DNA of 50,131 nt, the filler included, from Sphacelaria rigidula (Eukaryota), in assembly GCA_964200075.2 (NCBI GenBank). It is 3 parts of 3 records of this genome, joined end to end, with 100 filler letters (N's around TTAATTAATTAA, not from the genome) between each part and the next. Parts side by side here need not be neighbours in the genome. Positions count along the whole stretch, not along the records: positions 1 to 16,646 come from CAXNAA020001291.1; 2 more parts are not named here. One strand, given 5' to 3'. The translations under genes were made by a program, and so were the position numbers. The notes beneath the pieces are model-generated. The model saw only the letters and a list, made by a program, of their open reading frames with translations, had not been told where the DNA came from and made no database searches. Shown one piece after another: positions 1 to 12,902 of the stretch. Position 1 is the first letter of the stretch; each line of letters begins with the position of its first letter.

Positions 1-604
1 GTCAACGCTCTCTCCCCCCCGGCTCTTTCCCCCTGTGGTTAAAAAACAACCCCGCATTTCGCAGGATTCGTGGTGCGTGGGGGGGGGGGGGGGTATTGAA
101 TTATTTTTTCGACGGAATTTCACTTCAAATCCTCGTTGGAAGCAGCAACGGTTGTTCGAACGCGCTTGATACTGATCAATAACGCTCTTTCATACTGCTT
201 GACACCGTTTTTGTCCGAATGCAAGTGCGCCGCGGGTGTGTTTGGTCGTTGGACACGCCTACGACCCTTTTGTTCGTGGATCCAAACACACACACGCACG
301 CCTCTACCGTAGCACGACTCCGCATTACTATTTGACACATGGGACTGGCTCACCGAGAAAAACAAACAAACGTATGTTTCGCAGCCAAACAACGGTCCAT
401 ACCTACATAAATATATATGTCGTACACGTACATGTGCATACTGATTTCATACATGAATTACGGGATGATATAATAGCACAAGAGGCTAGCTTGCAAAAAA
501 GCTCACGAGTCTGGCATGAACTGTTTGCAGTATGCCTTTGATAGCAGCCATCGTACAATATAGGCCCGATATAACAACTTCAGAGGCCGTACGTGATTGC
601 TCGC

Positions 605-735
605 CTGCATTTCCAAGATGCTATACCGAAGTCCCCAGCTGCTCCCAGACCCCGCAACAGCGGCTCCGTGCAGATGTAACAATCTTCCAAGAGGCTAGCG
701 ATTGCGACCTTGTTCGAGCTCGAGAACTTCGTAAC
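605..735 (-). CDS. Candidate internal exon of an unidentified gene (VTKFSSSNKVAIASLLEDCYICTEPLLRGLGAAGDFGIASWKC)
   Basis: Strong minus-strand acceptor (T-tract, ctctcgtcttcag), an open phase-0 frame, and a possible non-canonical GC donor (CAG|gcgagc). No homologue recognised. Confidence 0.35.
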
Positions 736-1039
736 CTGAAGACGAGAGAAAAAAAAAAAAATCAATGGTTGAAAGGCGCCCTGGATTGATGGAACACGCG
801 GGACATGTGGAGGTTGTCACGCCCTCCGTATATCTCGAGAGAGAGTTGTAGCCAAGCTGAGAGTGGAGTGAAGTCGTTCATTCCACAGCGGGGGTTGCAC
901 ATTTTAACCCGGGTGCCTCTCATGGAGAGACTCCCAGAGTTGGGAGCTACACAAGAATATGGATCAGGACATTCCGGTTTCAAAATTCATTCCAGATATT
1001 CCTAGTCCATTTGAATGCTCTAGTAGTTTACAGCCAAAA

Positions 1040-2960
1040 CAGAGAATTTTTGTAATTTTCTCGTAGTCGACGATTTTCAATAGCATTTTTGCGTGCCACC
1101 GCTCATCCAAGTGAACAATAGGGATCGGGAGGTGCTAGGCATCCATCTGCTTCCCATTCCGAGGCAGGAGTCGCCTCGAGTGTTATTGAACGTTTTTGGT
1201 TCAAAGCACATGTATTTTCGGCTCTAGTGTGATGAATACGTAAAACTAAAAAATAAGGGTTTGTAACATGTTTCACGAGAGCGATCGGAATTGGTTCATT
1301 CCCCCCCTGTGCTGGTAAGACTCAGATAGGCAGGATGGACGTTATCCTCAGAGACTCGCACCTAGATACTAGGATTAAGATTATGTACCCTGATGGACGT
1401 GATTGTACCAAAGCTGGAATATGCAGGAGAGGTATATAGGAGGGGAGCGTGAAGTTGGTGAAGAAGGTGGAAACAGTACAGATAGCAGCAGCTAAGAAAA
1501 TGCTCGGATGCTCGGAAACGACGAGTAATACAGCATTGAGAGCAGAGTTGGGAATGCACCCACTTAAAACAAATAGAGAAATGAGAAAATTGAGATGGTA
1601 GTAAAGCATAAATAATATGCAGAGAAAAAGATTGCCAGCCACAGTTAATAAGTCAGTATGGAAGAAGAGTACGGAAGGGCAGACTGGAATGAGGTGGGAT
1701 ATAGAAGCCGAGAAAGTATGGAAGGAGATAGAAGGAAACCAAGACGAAATACGGTCCATGGGTGAAGGCCTGGGGTACAAGATAAAAGAGACACGATGGG
1801 GATAAAGGAACAAGAAGCGCTCAGGCGCAAAGTAGACGAGAAATAACACCTGAAGATATACGGGGAGTTGAAAGAGGGGATAGGGATGAAAACATATCTG
1901 CGTGCCCCAATCGACGCGGCAAATAAATTGAAACTGCGATTTCGGGTGGGGGACCTGGACCTGCCGAAAAGAAGAAAGAGATGAATCGGTAGTCGAGTGG
2001 AGGAGAAAGTAGATGCACAGAATTGCCCTATGGGAAGGCAATGGAGAGCAGAACTCGTATACTGTAGTGGTAGAATGTAAACTATGCAAGGAGGAACGGG
2101 ACGTGCTAGAGGGGGAAATGAGGGACGTGAATGAAGGTGGCATGAAATCGTTTGATACACTAGGCAAAAGGGAGGAAACGATGGCTACACTAGGAGATAA
2201 ATGGTGGCCACAGAAGGCGAAACAGGACGGGGATAAGATATGTAAAAGGTTTTGTGTCATGTATGGAAGGAACGTAATATTCACCGAAATGTTGGAGGTG
2301 TTTTTACTAGGAGTAGGAGCGGTACTCCGTCTCGAAAGAGATACGTGGTCAATGGCCAAACGACTAAGGCAAGCAACAAATGAGTACCCCCCCCCCCCCA
2401 TGTGCTATGTAAAGCTCCCTTGGGAAGTTTTCGTATTTTGGAATTTTTTTTCATTTTTTCTCATATAATGCTCTTCCTTAGCACTCGAAAGCTCTAGCTT
2501 CAATCGATAGATATTGGGGGAAAAGGCAGGTCGCGCTCAGGGCACAATCCTCAACTCGTGTTGTCGGGGTGACACGGAGTAAGCACTTCATCTATCAGGG
2601 GGGGGGTGCTGTCGACCGTCACTAGGCCAAAAAACACAATTTTTCAGCTTCAACACCATGAATAACCTCGAAACAACATTCATTTTTATTTGCTCACGAG
2701 AATGAAAGGGATTGCTTCAATCGAGAAAAAATACCCAAGGGTCAGAACCTGGGGCTGGGTTGCCGCAGAACCCCCGAGAACCGGACAGCCCATACGCCGT
2801 TCAATAGTGAGTGCAGAGTGGATTGCGTCTCGGAATGTGGAGCGGATACCTAGTACCCCTCGATCCCCAAACGATGGCGCCAAATATTCACTGTGATGAG
2901 CGGTGGCACGCCAAAACACTATTGAGAATCCGCGATTACGAAAAATTCACAAAGCTCCCC
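1040..2960. mobile_element. Old inverted-repeat (foldback-like) element interrupted by the LINE
   Basis: ~1040-1195 is a diverged reverse complement of ~2795-2960. Example: gcgtgccaccgctcatc near 1092 vs gatgagcggtggcacgc near 2895. Confidence 0.45.
1308..2399 (+). mobile_element. 5'-truncated, decayed non-LTR retrotransposon (LINE): RT C-terminus/thumb plus CCHC-type zinc motif and 3' end
   Basis: Plus-strand fragments read ...YPDGRDCTKAGICRRG / KKVETVQIAAAKKMLGCSETTSNTALRAELGMHPL / LKLRFRVGDLDL / NCP-x-G-x3-ES-x6-EC-x2-CKEER, with stops and frameshifts. It ends GCAAGCAACAAATGAGTA followed by C13. Confidence 0.8.
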
Positions 2961-3439
2961 TATTTCAGCTGCAAATCGTTGTAGTCGTGGCGTGCTCTTG
3001 CGTACTTTCTGAGTCGTTTTTCGGATGAGATACAGGGCTCCTGAAAAATCAAATCTGAAAAATGTTTTTGTGCAACCCTACTGTGGCATAACTCATCGGG
3101 GGAATGAAAAATATAGCGGCCAAGGTCCGACGAGGTTGATTCTGCTTGATGTTGGGTGGGATCAAGTCTCGTTATCTCGGGATTGCGGCAATGTAGGCGT
3201 GTGAAAAAATGACTACGGTCGCCGTGAGTCGTGTGCGACCATCAAGTGCTCTCTGCGAATCCGGGCATGGTCGCACGGCAGACATCCCGTGACGATCTGC
3301 TGCGCATATCTGCACTGCAATACTAAAATGGTACATTTAATTCGAACGTTGTACTATTTTCGCACAATCAAACAGTCTCATCATCCAAAGTTCAGGCGCC
3401 GTCATCATTCTTTTCGGGACGAGTCCGCATTCTCAAGAG

Positions 3440-3800
3440 ATCAATCCATCTATCCCGCCGAAAGTGCCTCGCAATCGTCTGTTGAGCGTTGGATTATGAC
3501 TACCAGCACTCCACACTCTGGACAGTGGACCCATCCATCGAGAATCATTGCCGTCATCAATAGTTTGGGTGAGCCATCTATCAATACCACTTACCGTCAT
3601 CAATAGGTTTGGTGAGCCGTCGATCGGTGGCCTCTGTCGCCAACAATAACGTTTTTGGTATCTATCAACGTGGCCATTGCCGTCAACAATCGATTGTTCT
3701 CGGGAGCACTTATCGATAGCCAGTGACGCCAACGATAGATTAAAAGGAATATATTACTCACTGCAGTGGTCTTATGACATCAACGGCAATGCCCCTCACA
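3440..3800. repeat. Degenerate ~43-bp minisatellite (core CCATTGCCGTCATCAATAG)
   Basis: The motif recurs near 3545, 3592, 3674 and 3720, and again at 5120-5280. Confidence 0.65.
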
Positions 3801-3946
3801 CATACACACGCAACTACCTGAGGCGATAGCTGGCCATAGCTTCTGTGGAATAAGGTGGAAACATCCGTACAGAAATGTGCATACATAGCGCTAGCGATCG
3901 ACGCCATTCAGCTACTTTTGTGGTCAGCAATAAACAGGCAGTTCTG

Positions 3947-4340
3947 TAAAATGATGTTGTGCGGTGAAATGAGGCTCAAGCTCAAAACAGTGCTTTCCCC
4001 ACACTTTCAGCGATGGTGCCCAATGACGTTTTTGTCGGCCTAATTCCCCTCGATCGCGTAGATACTTCTTCAGAGCATTTTACCGACTCTGTGAGCTTAC
4101 AGTGCTGACGAACACCGTCGTTTCCCCTGGTATCACCCCCCCCCCCCCTAAAAATCAGGGAAAATGACGGTTTCGGTCAGCGCTGTAAGCTCACATGGTC
4201 GGTAAGATGGTCTGAAGAAGTATCTACGTGATCGAGGGGCATGAAACCGACAAAAACCTCGTTGGGCACCATCGCTGAAAGTGTGGGGAAAGCACTGTTT
4301 CGGGCTTGAACCCAATTTCATCGTACAACCTCATTTTTTA
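3947..4340. mobile_element. Palindromic foldback MITE (~185-bp arms around a poly(C) spacer)
   Basis: 3947-4131 is the reverse complement of 4154-4340. Example: aaacagtgctttccccacactttcagcgatggtgcccaa vs ttgggcaccatcgctgaaagtgtggggaaagcactgttt. Confidence 0.85.
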
Positions 4341-4349
4341 TCATCGTCT

Positions 4350-4520
4350 GTTAATATACATTGGTGTCCGCGATTCAGATCGCATTGTGACCGTCAATAA
4401 TAGACACTGGTCGGCGCAATTTAGATCCTATTGTGACCAACAATATGTACTGGTGGCCGCGTTGCAGATCCTATTGTGATTACAATAGACGTTGGTGGCC
4501 GCAATTCAGGGCCCATTGCA
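4350..4520. repeat. ~42-46-bp tandem minisatellite, about 4 units (AATA..CA.TGGTGGCCGC.ATTCAGATCCTATTGTGA)
   Basis: Four consecutive diverged units are visible. Confidence 0.75.
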
Positions 4521-5119
4521 AAAAATAAAATGTATCGATAGACAACATGGTCCCTCCATTGTCACGGCAATGATACGTTGTGTCCCTTGTCCCGAGCCCA
4601 TTGTCGCCTACAATACAGCTATCGATACACATTGGTGCCAGTCGATTATGACTGACAATGCACATTGACAGTCAAGTTTTCGGGGCCATTGCAGCGCCAA
4701 GGTTCTATTACATAGTCTATCGTCCAGGGTATAAGCACATCTCATCCACACACGAAAGTGCTGCAAGTGCCCATGTCCATCAGAGGGACAACCACAAGTA
4801 CCCACGCCACACCAACAACAAAACTTGTGGGCTTTTGTCCACAGATATTGCGGATTCGTATAAAATACAAGCGTTCAAAATCTGTAGAAACGTGACGTCA
4901 TATATTCACAAGTGTAACATCATATACCCGCTGCATATCAAACTGCGGCTTTTCTACCGTACGTGAACGGAGTACAATATGCTCTATACGTGGTATGTTG
5001 CAATGTAGGTGTGGCAGTGGACGACAGAGAATATCTATCGGTAGGCATTGTTTACCACAGTAGATTCTGGTATGTATCCATCTGTATTCATTGCCGCCAT
5101 GCATATATTTTGTACGCAA

Positions 5120-5360
5120 TCTATCAATAGCGATTGCCGTCATCAACACGTTTGGTATACAATCTGTCAACACCCATCGCCGTCATCAATAAATTTGGTA
5201 CGCGGTATATCGATAGCCATTGCCGTCGTCAATAGATTTGGAAAACTATCGATCGATACATTTGGTCGGCCGCAATAGATTTCGGTGCAGGGTCACAACA
5301 GAATGCTGCCCGCACAAAAGTGTGGGAAACTGGTATATCGATAGACAGTGCCGACGACAA
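5120..5360. repeat. Degenerate ~43-bp minisatellite, same family as 3440-3800
   Basis: Repeated ATCRATAGCCATTGCCGTCRTCAA..TTTGG units. Confidence 0.65.
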
Positions 5361-6289
5361 TAAAAAGAGAAACTTGCTGATCGCTGACCATTACCCACGA
5401 CAACATTGGCACCTACTCCAGCACATTCTATTGCTATTGCAATATATGCCGTCTATTGTCCAGGGTGCGGGCACTGCCACAGTGCATCAACTTCATCGCA
5501 CCACCTTTTGCGTTGGAGCACATACCATATGACCCGCGTTCCCCTCCCCCCCTCCTCCCTATCAATAATACCCCCATCTCTTTTTGTGCGTATTTGGAGT
5601 ATGACACACCTTCTCTTCGAGATCTTTCCGCGCCTTTTCCTCCTCGATCGCTTTTGCCCGGTGCAACAACTCGTTGCTCATTTTCCTGAGGAGATCAGGG
5701 TCCTGCAAGTTCCCGATTTCTTTGCGCATTCCCTCGGGAATCATGACTTCACCCGCCAAGGGCGACGGCGGTTGCACCTGAAACGAATTGCGTGTGAGAG
5801 CCGACCGGTACCACTTGCAGTTAACCGCGGAATTCACGAGTGTCTCAAAACGAGATGAAACTGAAGAGTGGTGCGATCGTTCCTGCTGTCCTCTTCGTTT
5901 GTAGGAACGAAATACAGACAGAAGAGAAGGGAGCCGCAAAATATTGTTCTTCTTGTGGAGGTATGCGACTCATTGAACAACGGAAGGTTTCAGCCAGTGA
6001 TTGAGGAAACAGTTGTGGGGGTGATTTTTGAGCGTCAATGACTGTTTCTTCCAGCAAAAATACGTTCATTTCGTGACCTGTGTGCACACGTTCTCTCTTG
6101 CAGTCTACTGCATCCGAACGACTGATGGAACGTGCGTGCAATGAAACTTGACGCGTGGCAGATTTGTAGTAGGAGGTTCAATTTCTTGCGCAACGAACAG
6201 GTTTGACAACTTTTAAGCTGAAAACATTTCACGTATTCAAGCACGATGTCGCCATTTTTTCTCATAGAAGAACTATGATGACGACAGAT

Positions 6290-9200
6290 AGATGGGACCG
6301 AAATCACTGGCGGGCCAACGGGAAAAAAAGCCATCTAGAGGAATAAGAATGGTGACGAATGTAACGCGGGAAACGGGAAACGTTGTTTTTTTGTGTGGTG
6401 GGGATCGGAACACCCCGATCCACCGATCGCGTCCTACGAGTGGTGATGGCGAGGTCGTACCGTCGACAATGATGCTGCGTTCGGCGCAATGGTCGTACAC
6501 GAAAAACTACGGCGGTTGCGATGTCAAGTATCGTGTGTTACCAAGACTACCCCTGAGAGATGAATCGTCCTGAAGCGGCACACTAGCGCCATGATTCGGG
6601 AGGCAATCGAGGCCGGCGGATCTATCACCATTCTTTTCAACATCATATGATATAATCATAGCTCTTGCCACAACCTATAAGCATGGTCTGTACGGATTTT
6701 TCGAAGGGTGTACTGTATCAGTCATCTGACGCGATACTGCTGTCTTCGTGCTGTCTAGTCTTACCTGCGCCACGGGGACCAATAGCGAAGTCCTTGACCG
6801 GCTCGAGACTGGCGCCTGCTCCCGAAACCGTACCACTTGTGGCCGGCTCGAGAATCGCACGACGGGGGCACTTTGACTACGCCCTTCTCCATTTTCAGGC
6901 GACCGTCGGCTTCCGTTCGTGGGTAAATGCGCCATCCGCTCGTCGATGTCGCGTCTAGGCCATCTGGAAATGCAAAATTCACCAGTTGCAGCTTGGGTTA
7001 TCGTGAAGGACGGCTCAACCGAGGGCGGGTTTTGGGCTGAACTGAGAGTAAGTCGGCCATTTCAAGCACGGAGAACAACACGCTGCTAAACCCAATCACC
7101 TTGGTGATAGGTGTGCCGAGTGAGATATTGTTTTTCGTTACCGCCAGCCGAGAGTGTGCCCGCGTTCGTGACGAATTCATTTGAGTTCGAATATTTTATT
7201 TTGAGACAGGAGGGTGAATTCTTCAGCGGAATCACAGCTCTTGTGTTGAAGACACAACAAAGTTCTTCGAAACCCACCGTCCGATTCACGCTTGATGGTA
7301 TCCGCACACAAGATTTGTCACCTAATCCGCGAGTACAACCTGATTACCTATATCTCATGGGCCCCTCCGCGTAAAGGCACATGTATGTTGTGCGCCACGC
7401 CTGCTGTGTGGGCGAACGTCCTTCTTTGCCCTCTTTTCGAGATGGTGACAAGCTTTTGTAGATGGAGAAACCCGACGCCCAGCACAACCACTTGAAATCA
7501 AGCATCCAAGACCTCAACCCGTCTACTATTATGCCGAGGCCGGCTACGGCTCTGTTATCATCCCTCTCTTCCAGCGAAACTCCAAACCAAAATAGCAGAG
7601 AATGCCCAAGAGGGGAGACCGAGCCAACGTAAAATATTGATGATTCTCCCCAACATCGCCGAGAATTCTCTGCGTCTGTATGATATGTGGCACAAACCAG
7701 CGTTAGTCAATACACATCTTTCCTAGGGTATACTTGACACCTGGTAAGCAACGGGTCGGTTTCGCGCCCCGGAAACCTCCCGCTAGTCAGAGTGAAACGA
7801 TTCCACATGAAGGTACCCTTTACAAAATGGCACTCTCTGCTTTTATCGGCAAACATCATTCTAGCAACTCTCTGAAATTCGAGCTCAGGACATCTTCAAA
7901 TGAAAATCTCGCTGCAAACCTCAGCTTTATCCGACAAGGATCCCTAGTCTCGTTCGGAAGTTTCGACTCGGCATCATATCTTCAGAAATCCGGAATTGCA
8001 TTTCCAGTTCATCTACTATTTTTTTTCGCGCCTCTCGATAAACACTTGGTCTTGTGGACACCGCGAAACGTCCCCCGTCGTGCCTACCTTATTGACTCGT
8101 TGAAATTGCCGCGGAACCCCCTCCCTTCCCTCTCTCTAGATTTCTCAGCATGATGGTTCTCGGGTTCTCTTGTTGATTGGCGAAAAAGTCGAGCACCGTT
8201 CAGCGATCGCTCTGACGCCCCACTCTCACTGCCAGAGTCCGTTATGCTGTTGTTGTCGCTACTCCCGGTGTCATGCTCGAGGTTTTTCAAGCTTGTGGCC
8301 ATTTCCCATCGAAGGACCACTCCCTCGTGTGTGCCGATGAGATGGCTGACCTACTCAGCAGTTGAGATACAAGAACGTGCCAATATTCATTGGTCAATGG
8401 TAGTAAACTCCGAGGTACAGACCTGTGAGTATTCGTGCTTTGCACCAAGAGAATCATGACGTTATCAAAAACTTATATTTCCTCAGTTGACGTCTGATAC
8501 CGCGTATCAACCAGATCTGACGACCAATCTGTCGACATTTATTGTCTCCCCGCGGTCGGAGCGTGTTTTACCTTGGAATAGTTTGGACTTTCATGACGTG
8601 ATCAGTATCGAATGTCACTTTGCCTGGTCGGTATGAAATCATTTATGACGTGTGGGTCGTCTATCTTTTGTGTCGCACGCACCGAATGAATACCTCGCAT
8701 CCCTGCTGTTGCTGCTGTATTCTGTAAATGCTCGTGTACACGCCAAGCAAGTTAAAACCCAACGGGTGTTTAGCTCTGGAGGCAGCTCCGTTCGAATGGC
8801 GGGATGTGCACACGAGGAAATTTCTACTTGGCTGCATCAGCATGCGTCCGTCTTACGTGTCCTCCCACTGCATGCACTGGTGGATGTACAACTTGGGCCA
8901 AAATCCCATGCATTACGCGTTTCATTGTATACTCGGAGTGTTCTCAGCTTTCCTGTGCACAATTCCTGTGGCTACTGCTGCAACCACGTTTCATCGACTG
9001 GACGTGCGAAGCAGCGGTATCGCTAGGAAGGTGTTGTGGTATTTACCTAGCCACAACGTGACACGGTGTACTACTTACCGTCTGTAAGCAGCCAGTCTGT
9101 ACGTAGTATAGTCCAGGTTCTGAGTTCCGACCACTGACAGAAACAAGCGCCACCTTACCAGCAGCGTTTGAGCCCAGAGAATAATTGTTTTGCTGAAATT

Positions 9201-10275
9201 GGCGTAAGCGACATGATTGTCCCACTCTTGATAAAAAAAAGTCGAATCATCCTGTAGGCTGCACACGGAACGTACGATAGATTTTTTGCCGGGCGCATGA
9301 CGACAGCAAGAAGCAAAACATCGATGCGTCTCTAGCTGAGACTTAAGAGGAAAGTCGCCATCATCGCAACAACGGCAGGTATGCGGCGGGCTTTGAACAC
9401 ACATACCCCGGTCAACCGTTGCTGCCGCCCTTTGGACGAACGGAGTTCAACAGGGGATACAACATCCATGGTCACACGCGGAGGATATTACAAGTCAAGT
9501 GATTGGAATAAATACACCTGCTATCTTTACGCCCCGCCCCGTATAGCAAGCGGCATGAGCATTTGAAACGTACAGCTATGTATTTGGAGGTAGCGTGTGA
9601 CGAAATCGATCACACCCTATCAAAGTTTCATGTGCGTTTTGCCCGGCACAGTGCTACTTGTAAACAGGCCATCAAGTCACACTGCGCGGCTGATCGGGTC
9701 GTTAGTCATTGGTACAGAATCACAACTTCGCCTGTGCAAACGAAGCTTCGAGATGATGAAATGCGGGTGGAGTAGTACGAGCTACTGTAGCAGGATGGCA
9801 TACGATTCGACGCCGTCAGTGGGTGAGGTTTGCTGTTATGTCGCTCCTGGGGGTTATTGGAGCTGCGCTATCGTCGAAGAGTTCTTGATTTTGCACCAAC
9901 ATGATGAAACGGATGTACCGGTCGTATGTACTCACCCAGCTTGCGAAACGGCTGCTTATTGATAAGATTGATGCTGTCGCCAAATATGCAGTCAAAAGAC
10001 CCCACGTCTGTACAAACAAGCAGGCAGGCGTAACGTGTTCGGACTTCAGAACTAAATCTGACCAAATCCGACTGACTTAGAAACGGCAGGTACAGCATAC
10101 AGCACACAACACAAGAGACAGCCCGTTCCAGGTTCCGTTTCCAGACAGGCACCGTGGATACATACCTGAGTCCAAATAGCCGTGCTTCGCCTGATTTTCT
10201 TGGTGTTGATACTTGCTGCCTCTGTAGCTGCTAGTGTTGGTTGTGTAAGACGGGCACAGTGAAAATACGTGAGGT
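6290..10275 (+). pseudogene. Possible decayed or highly divergent coding region upstream of the 10482 exon
   Basis: Non-repetitive sequence with protein-like fragments and exon-like segments (e.g. ttcctcag|8487-8630|gtatga). One frame is stop-poor from 7734 to 9962. No family recognised. Confidence 0.25.
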
Positions 10276-10481
10276 CTGCATCCGGCACAGCGCAGAGCAG
10301 ACCAGGAAGGGACGGGGGGGGGGCGAATCCAGAATTTCAATCAAAGCGTACACTCTGAATTTCACCGCATTTGTGAAACGATACCGACCCCACCGCAATT
10401 TGAGAGATGGCGGGTTTGAATGGTAAAAGATTATACTATTGTTTAAATGAGAAAAACAAAGATTTCATTTGCATGTCGCAG

Positions 10482-10807
10482 GTGTACCCGATAGACATTA
10501 GACGTTCCCTACTTACTGACTGTGGACAGCGGCCCTCGCTCGAAGCTTTGCCCTCCATCGGCCCACTAGACCTCCATTATTCTCCACACCTTGCTTCTTT
10601 GCTCTCTCTGTGCCAAGGAACTTCAACGTTCTATGTATATCACGGCGAGCCCGTTCTTGACGGAGGTGTAACTTTTGCAAAATCTGTGTTTTTTCGGGTA
10701 GAAATCGCAGCCCGCATTCAGGGACACACCATTCCATCGCACCGAAGGGGCGGCAGCATTTGGGACAGCAGAGCTGAGGTGAAGAAGGCAGTGGACTTCT
10801 CTGTATG
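10482..10807 (+). CDS. Candidate internal exon of an unidentified gene (VYPIDIRRSLL...KKAVDFSV)
   Basis: Acceptor tttgcatgtcgcag, 326 nt open, donor TG|gtacgt (phase 2). Confidence 0.5.
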
Positions 10808-11877
10808 GTACGTGTGCTGATTGCATTTGTCGTGTCTCGGCAATACCTACGGATTTAATGCGTTATTTTCTACGATCTTGCCATTCGGAGGAGGGGTGTA
10901 CGTGTGCGCTGTAGTGTAGGTCCGCAATACATGTACAAGAGTATGTATGCATACAGTATATAGTTGTGTCGTACCGTAGTAGTAGTAATTGTATGTGTGT
11001 CTGCTTTTGATTTTTCAAAAGGTCTCCGGTCTCTACAATCTGCGATGGAAGGCATTGGCGCTCGTCCTCTTGTACGGACGATAGTTACCCCGTATACCTA
11101 TACCTAGTGCCCCCGGAGCATATCCGACGAGGTTTTGTTCAAAGATGCAGCAAAGTGGGGATTTGCACAGCGGTGCTGGGTAGGGGGGAGACGGACTAAG
11201 TAGGGGGGGTGGTATAGTAGAAGCGTGTGTTCACATGGCTGCTATTATAGGCAAGATTTTGAAGGGACCATTGTATGCTGCTCGTTTTTTTTTACATCTG
11301 GGTTACAGTATCAGCAGTGCAACGCTGCAGTTCAGACCACTACTTGAACACGAACGGCACGGTACCACAACAGTTACGAGTGACTGCTGTACCGCATTGT
11401 TCACGACTGACTCCGCTGGCGCGCGCCCCGCTCGGATGCTCAGTTATATCCCAGGAGCTCATCTTCTATGGAGATATATGATGCATCATGACGCGCAGTC
11501 GAAAGCGGTATCACAGCATCTACGTGAAGTGTACTGTTTCCTGAATCACTCTGCCGTGCGTGGTTGTACATGTCATGTCCTCGCGGTCCCCATCTGAAAC
11601 TGACAAAATGTCATCCCGACCATCGTTAGCGTGCATGTGAGAATACCTGGTACAAGTAATTCATGGGGCCTTGCGCGCACCAGTGTGGGAGTGCGGTCAT
11701 ATAACAGTACAGTAGAGCGATTTTGTCCATGACCATGCTAGACAAGCACATCAACCTAGGTCGTCCCAATTATCCGCGCTCGAGCTTCCGACACCGACAA
11801 CAATACCTAGCATGGTACTGTGCTTGCCTTCGGCTTTCTTCGTGGACGCAGTGGTGACTACTTTAATCGAGTGGTTG

Positions 11878-12078
11878 CAGAGAGTGAGTATCGTGCTAGC
11901 GGTTGTTATTGCGGTGTCGGCTCAGGGTCACGCCGGGAATCTGTCACGTTGTTCACCACCATCTTCAAAAAACAATCGTGACTACAGAGAGTGAGTATCG
12001 TGTTAGCTGTTCTTGTTGTCGATGTCGGTTCAGGGTTACGCCGGGAATCTGTCACGTTGTTCACCACCACCCTCAAAA
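11878..12078. repeat. Tandem duplication, period ~108 bp, 2 copies
   Basis: gagagtgagtatcgtg...cgccgggaatctgtcacgttgttcaccacca occurs twice. Confidence 0.85.
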
Positions 12079-12542
12079 TGCGGCTTGATGGAGTAAAATA
12101 AGTTGTCAGGGCAGAAGAATGACAATGTTAGTGATGCACAGCTGTAACACGTGTCCGAAGCTACCCCTCCGTCGAAGTCCGGTTCAATTCCACCCTGTAC
12201 AGCACACGAACGATCGATGGATGACCCGGAGAAAATTGACGAAATCTGTACAACCCAAAAAGTCATTTTCTAATATGACCGACGTAGACCCAATCGAAGA
12301 TTACTCGCGCTGCACGAATGGCAGCACGCTGAAACTCAGCAGGCAGGTAATTGTTTCCAACACCCATCGTTAAATACCAAAAAACTCATCAATCAGTTAT
12401 CGGGATCGTGGGTAATTTGCAATATATTAACCTCACTACACCTCAATATTTTCATCTGCGGCAAGGATTTCCGCGGCCACAACGTGGAGGGCTGATAGAA
12501 ATGCGTCTTAGCTACACAGAGTAATTTGTTTTGTCTCTGCAG

Positions 12543-12636
12543 CTGCTGTACGCATCGAGATATTTTCGTCTTGGTGGGGGGTGTTGGGACTAATGAGATG
12601 CGGTGGAAAAGCGCATCAGATATAAAGCTAATGTAA
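12543..12636 (+). CDS. Candidate terminal exon joining the 10482 exon (C-CCTHRDIFVLVGGVGTNEMRWKSASDIKLM*)
   Basis: Strong acceptor ttgttttgtctctgcag. It is phase-compatible with the upstream phase-2 donor and open to TAA. Confidence 0.4.
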
Positions 12637-12902
12637 AAAATGAGCAGGCGGTCGCGCCGCGTTCAGGTGTGTTCATAGTCGTAGATATCTTCTCCCACAC
12701 TCATTCGTGGAAACATCAGCGTTGCCCGTCGGCAGATGAATATGGTGCAAGCGTGTGCGTGGCGTTGTTGCTGGGGTGGTGGCGAGGTGTGCTCACGGGA
12801 TCGCCGCCCAAAATATAACGTACAATACACACACGCGTACTGTGTCTACTCCTCTTGTCGTCAGCGAGGCCGTGACCCCGCGGCGTCTAAGGCCGGTTCT
12901 CA

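Noticed and set aside
605-735. Minus-strand exon as the next PP5 exon
   Set aside because: It lies on a different contig across an artificial linker and the peptide matches the expected PP5 continuation poorly.
1322-2401. 359-aa minus-strand ORF
   Set aside because: It is the Ser/Leu/Phe-rich antisense shadow of the purine-rich plus-strand LINE relic.
3440-5360. Regularly spaced ~43-bp motifs (and 60-bp units at 31232) as a CRISPR-like array
   Set aside because: Whole units are homologous with no unique spacers, the repeats are degenerate, no cas-like ORF is present and the context is eukaryotic.
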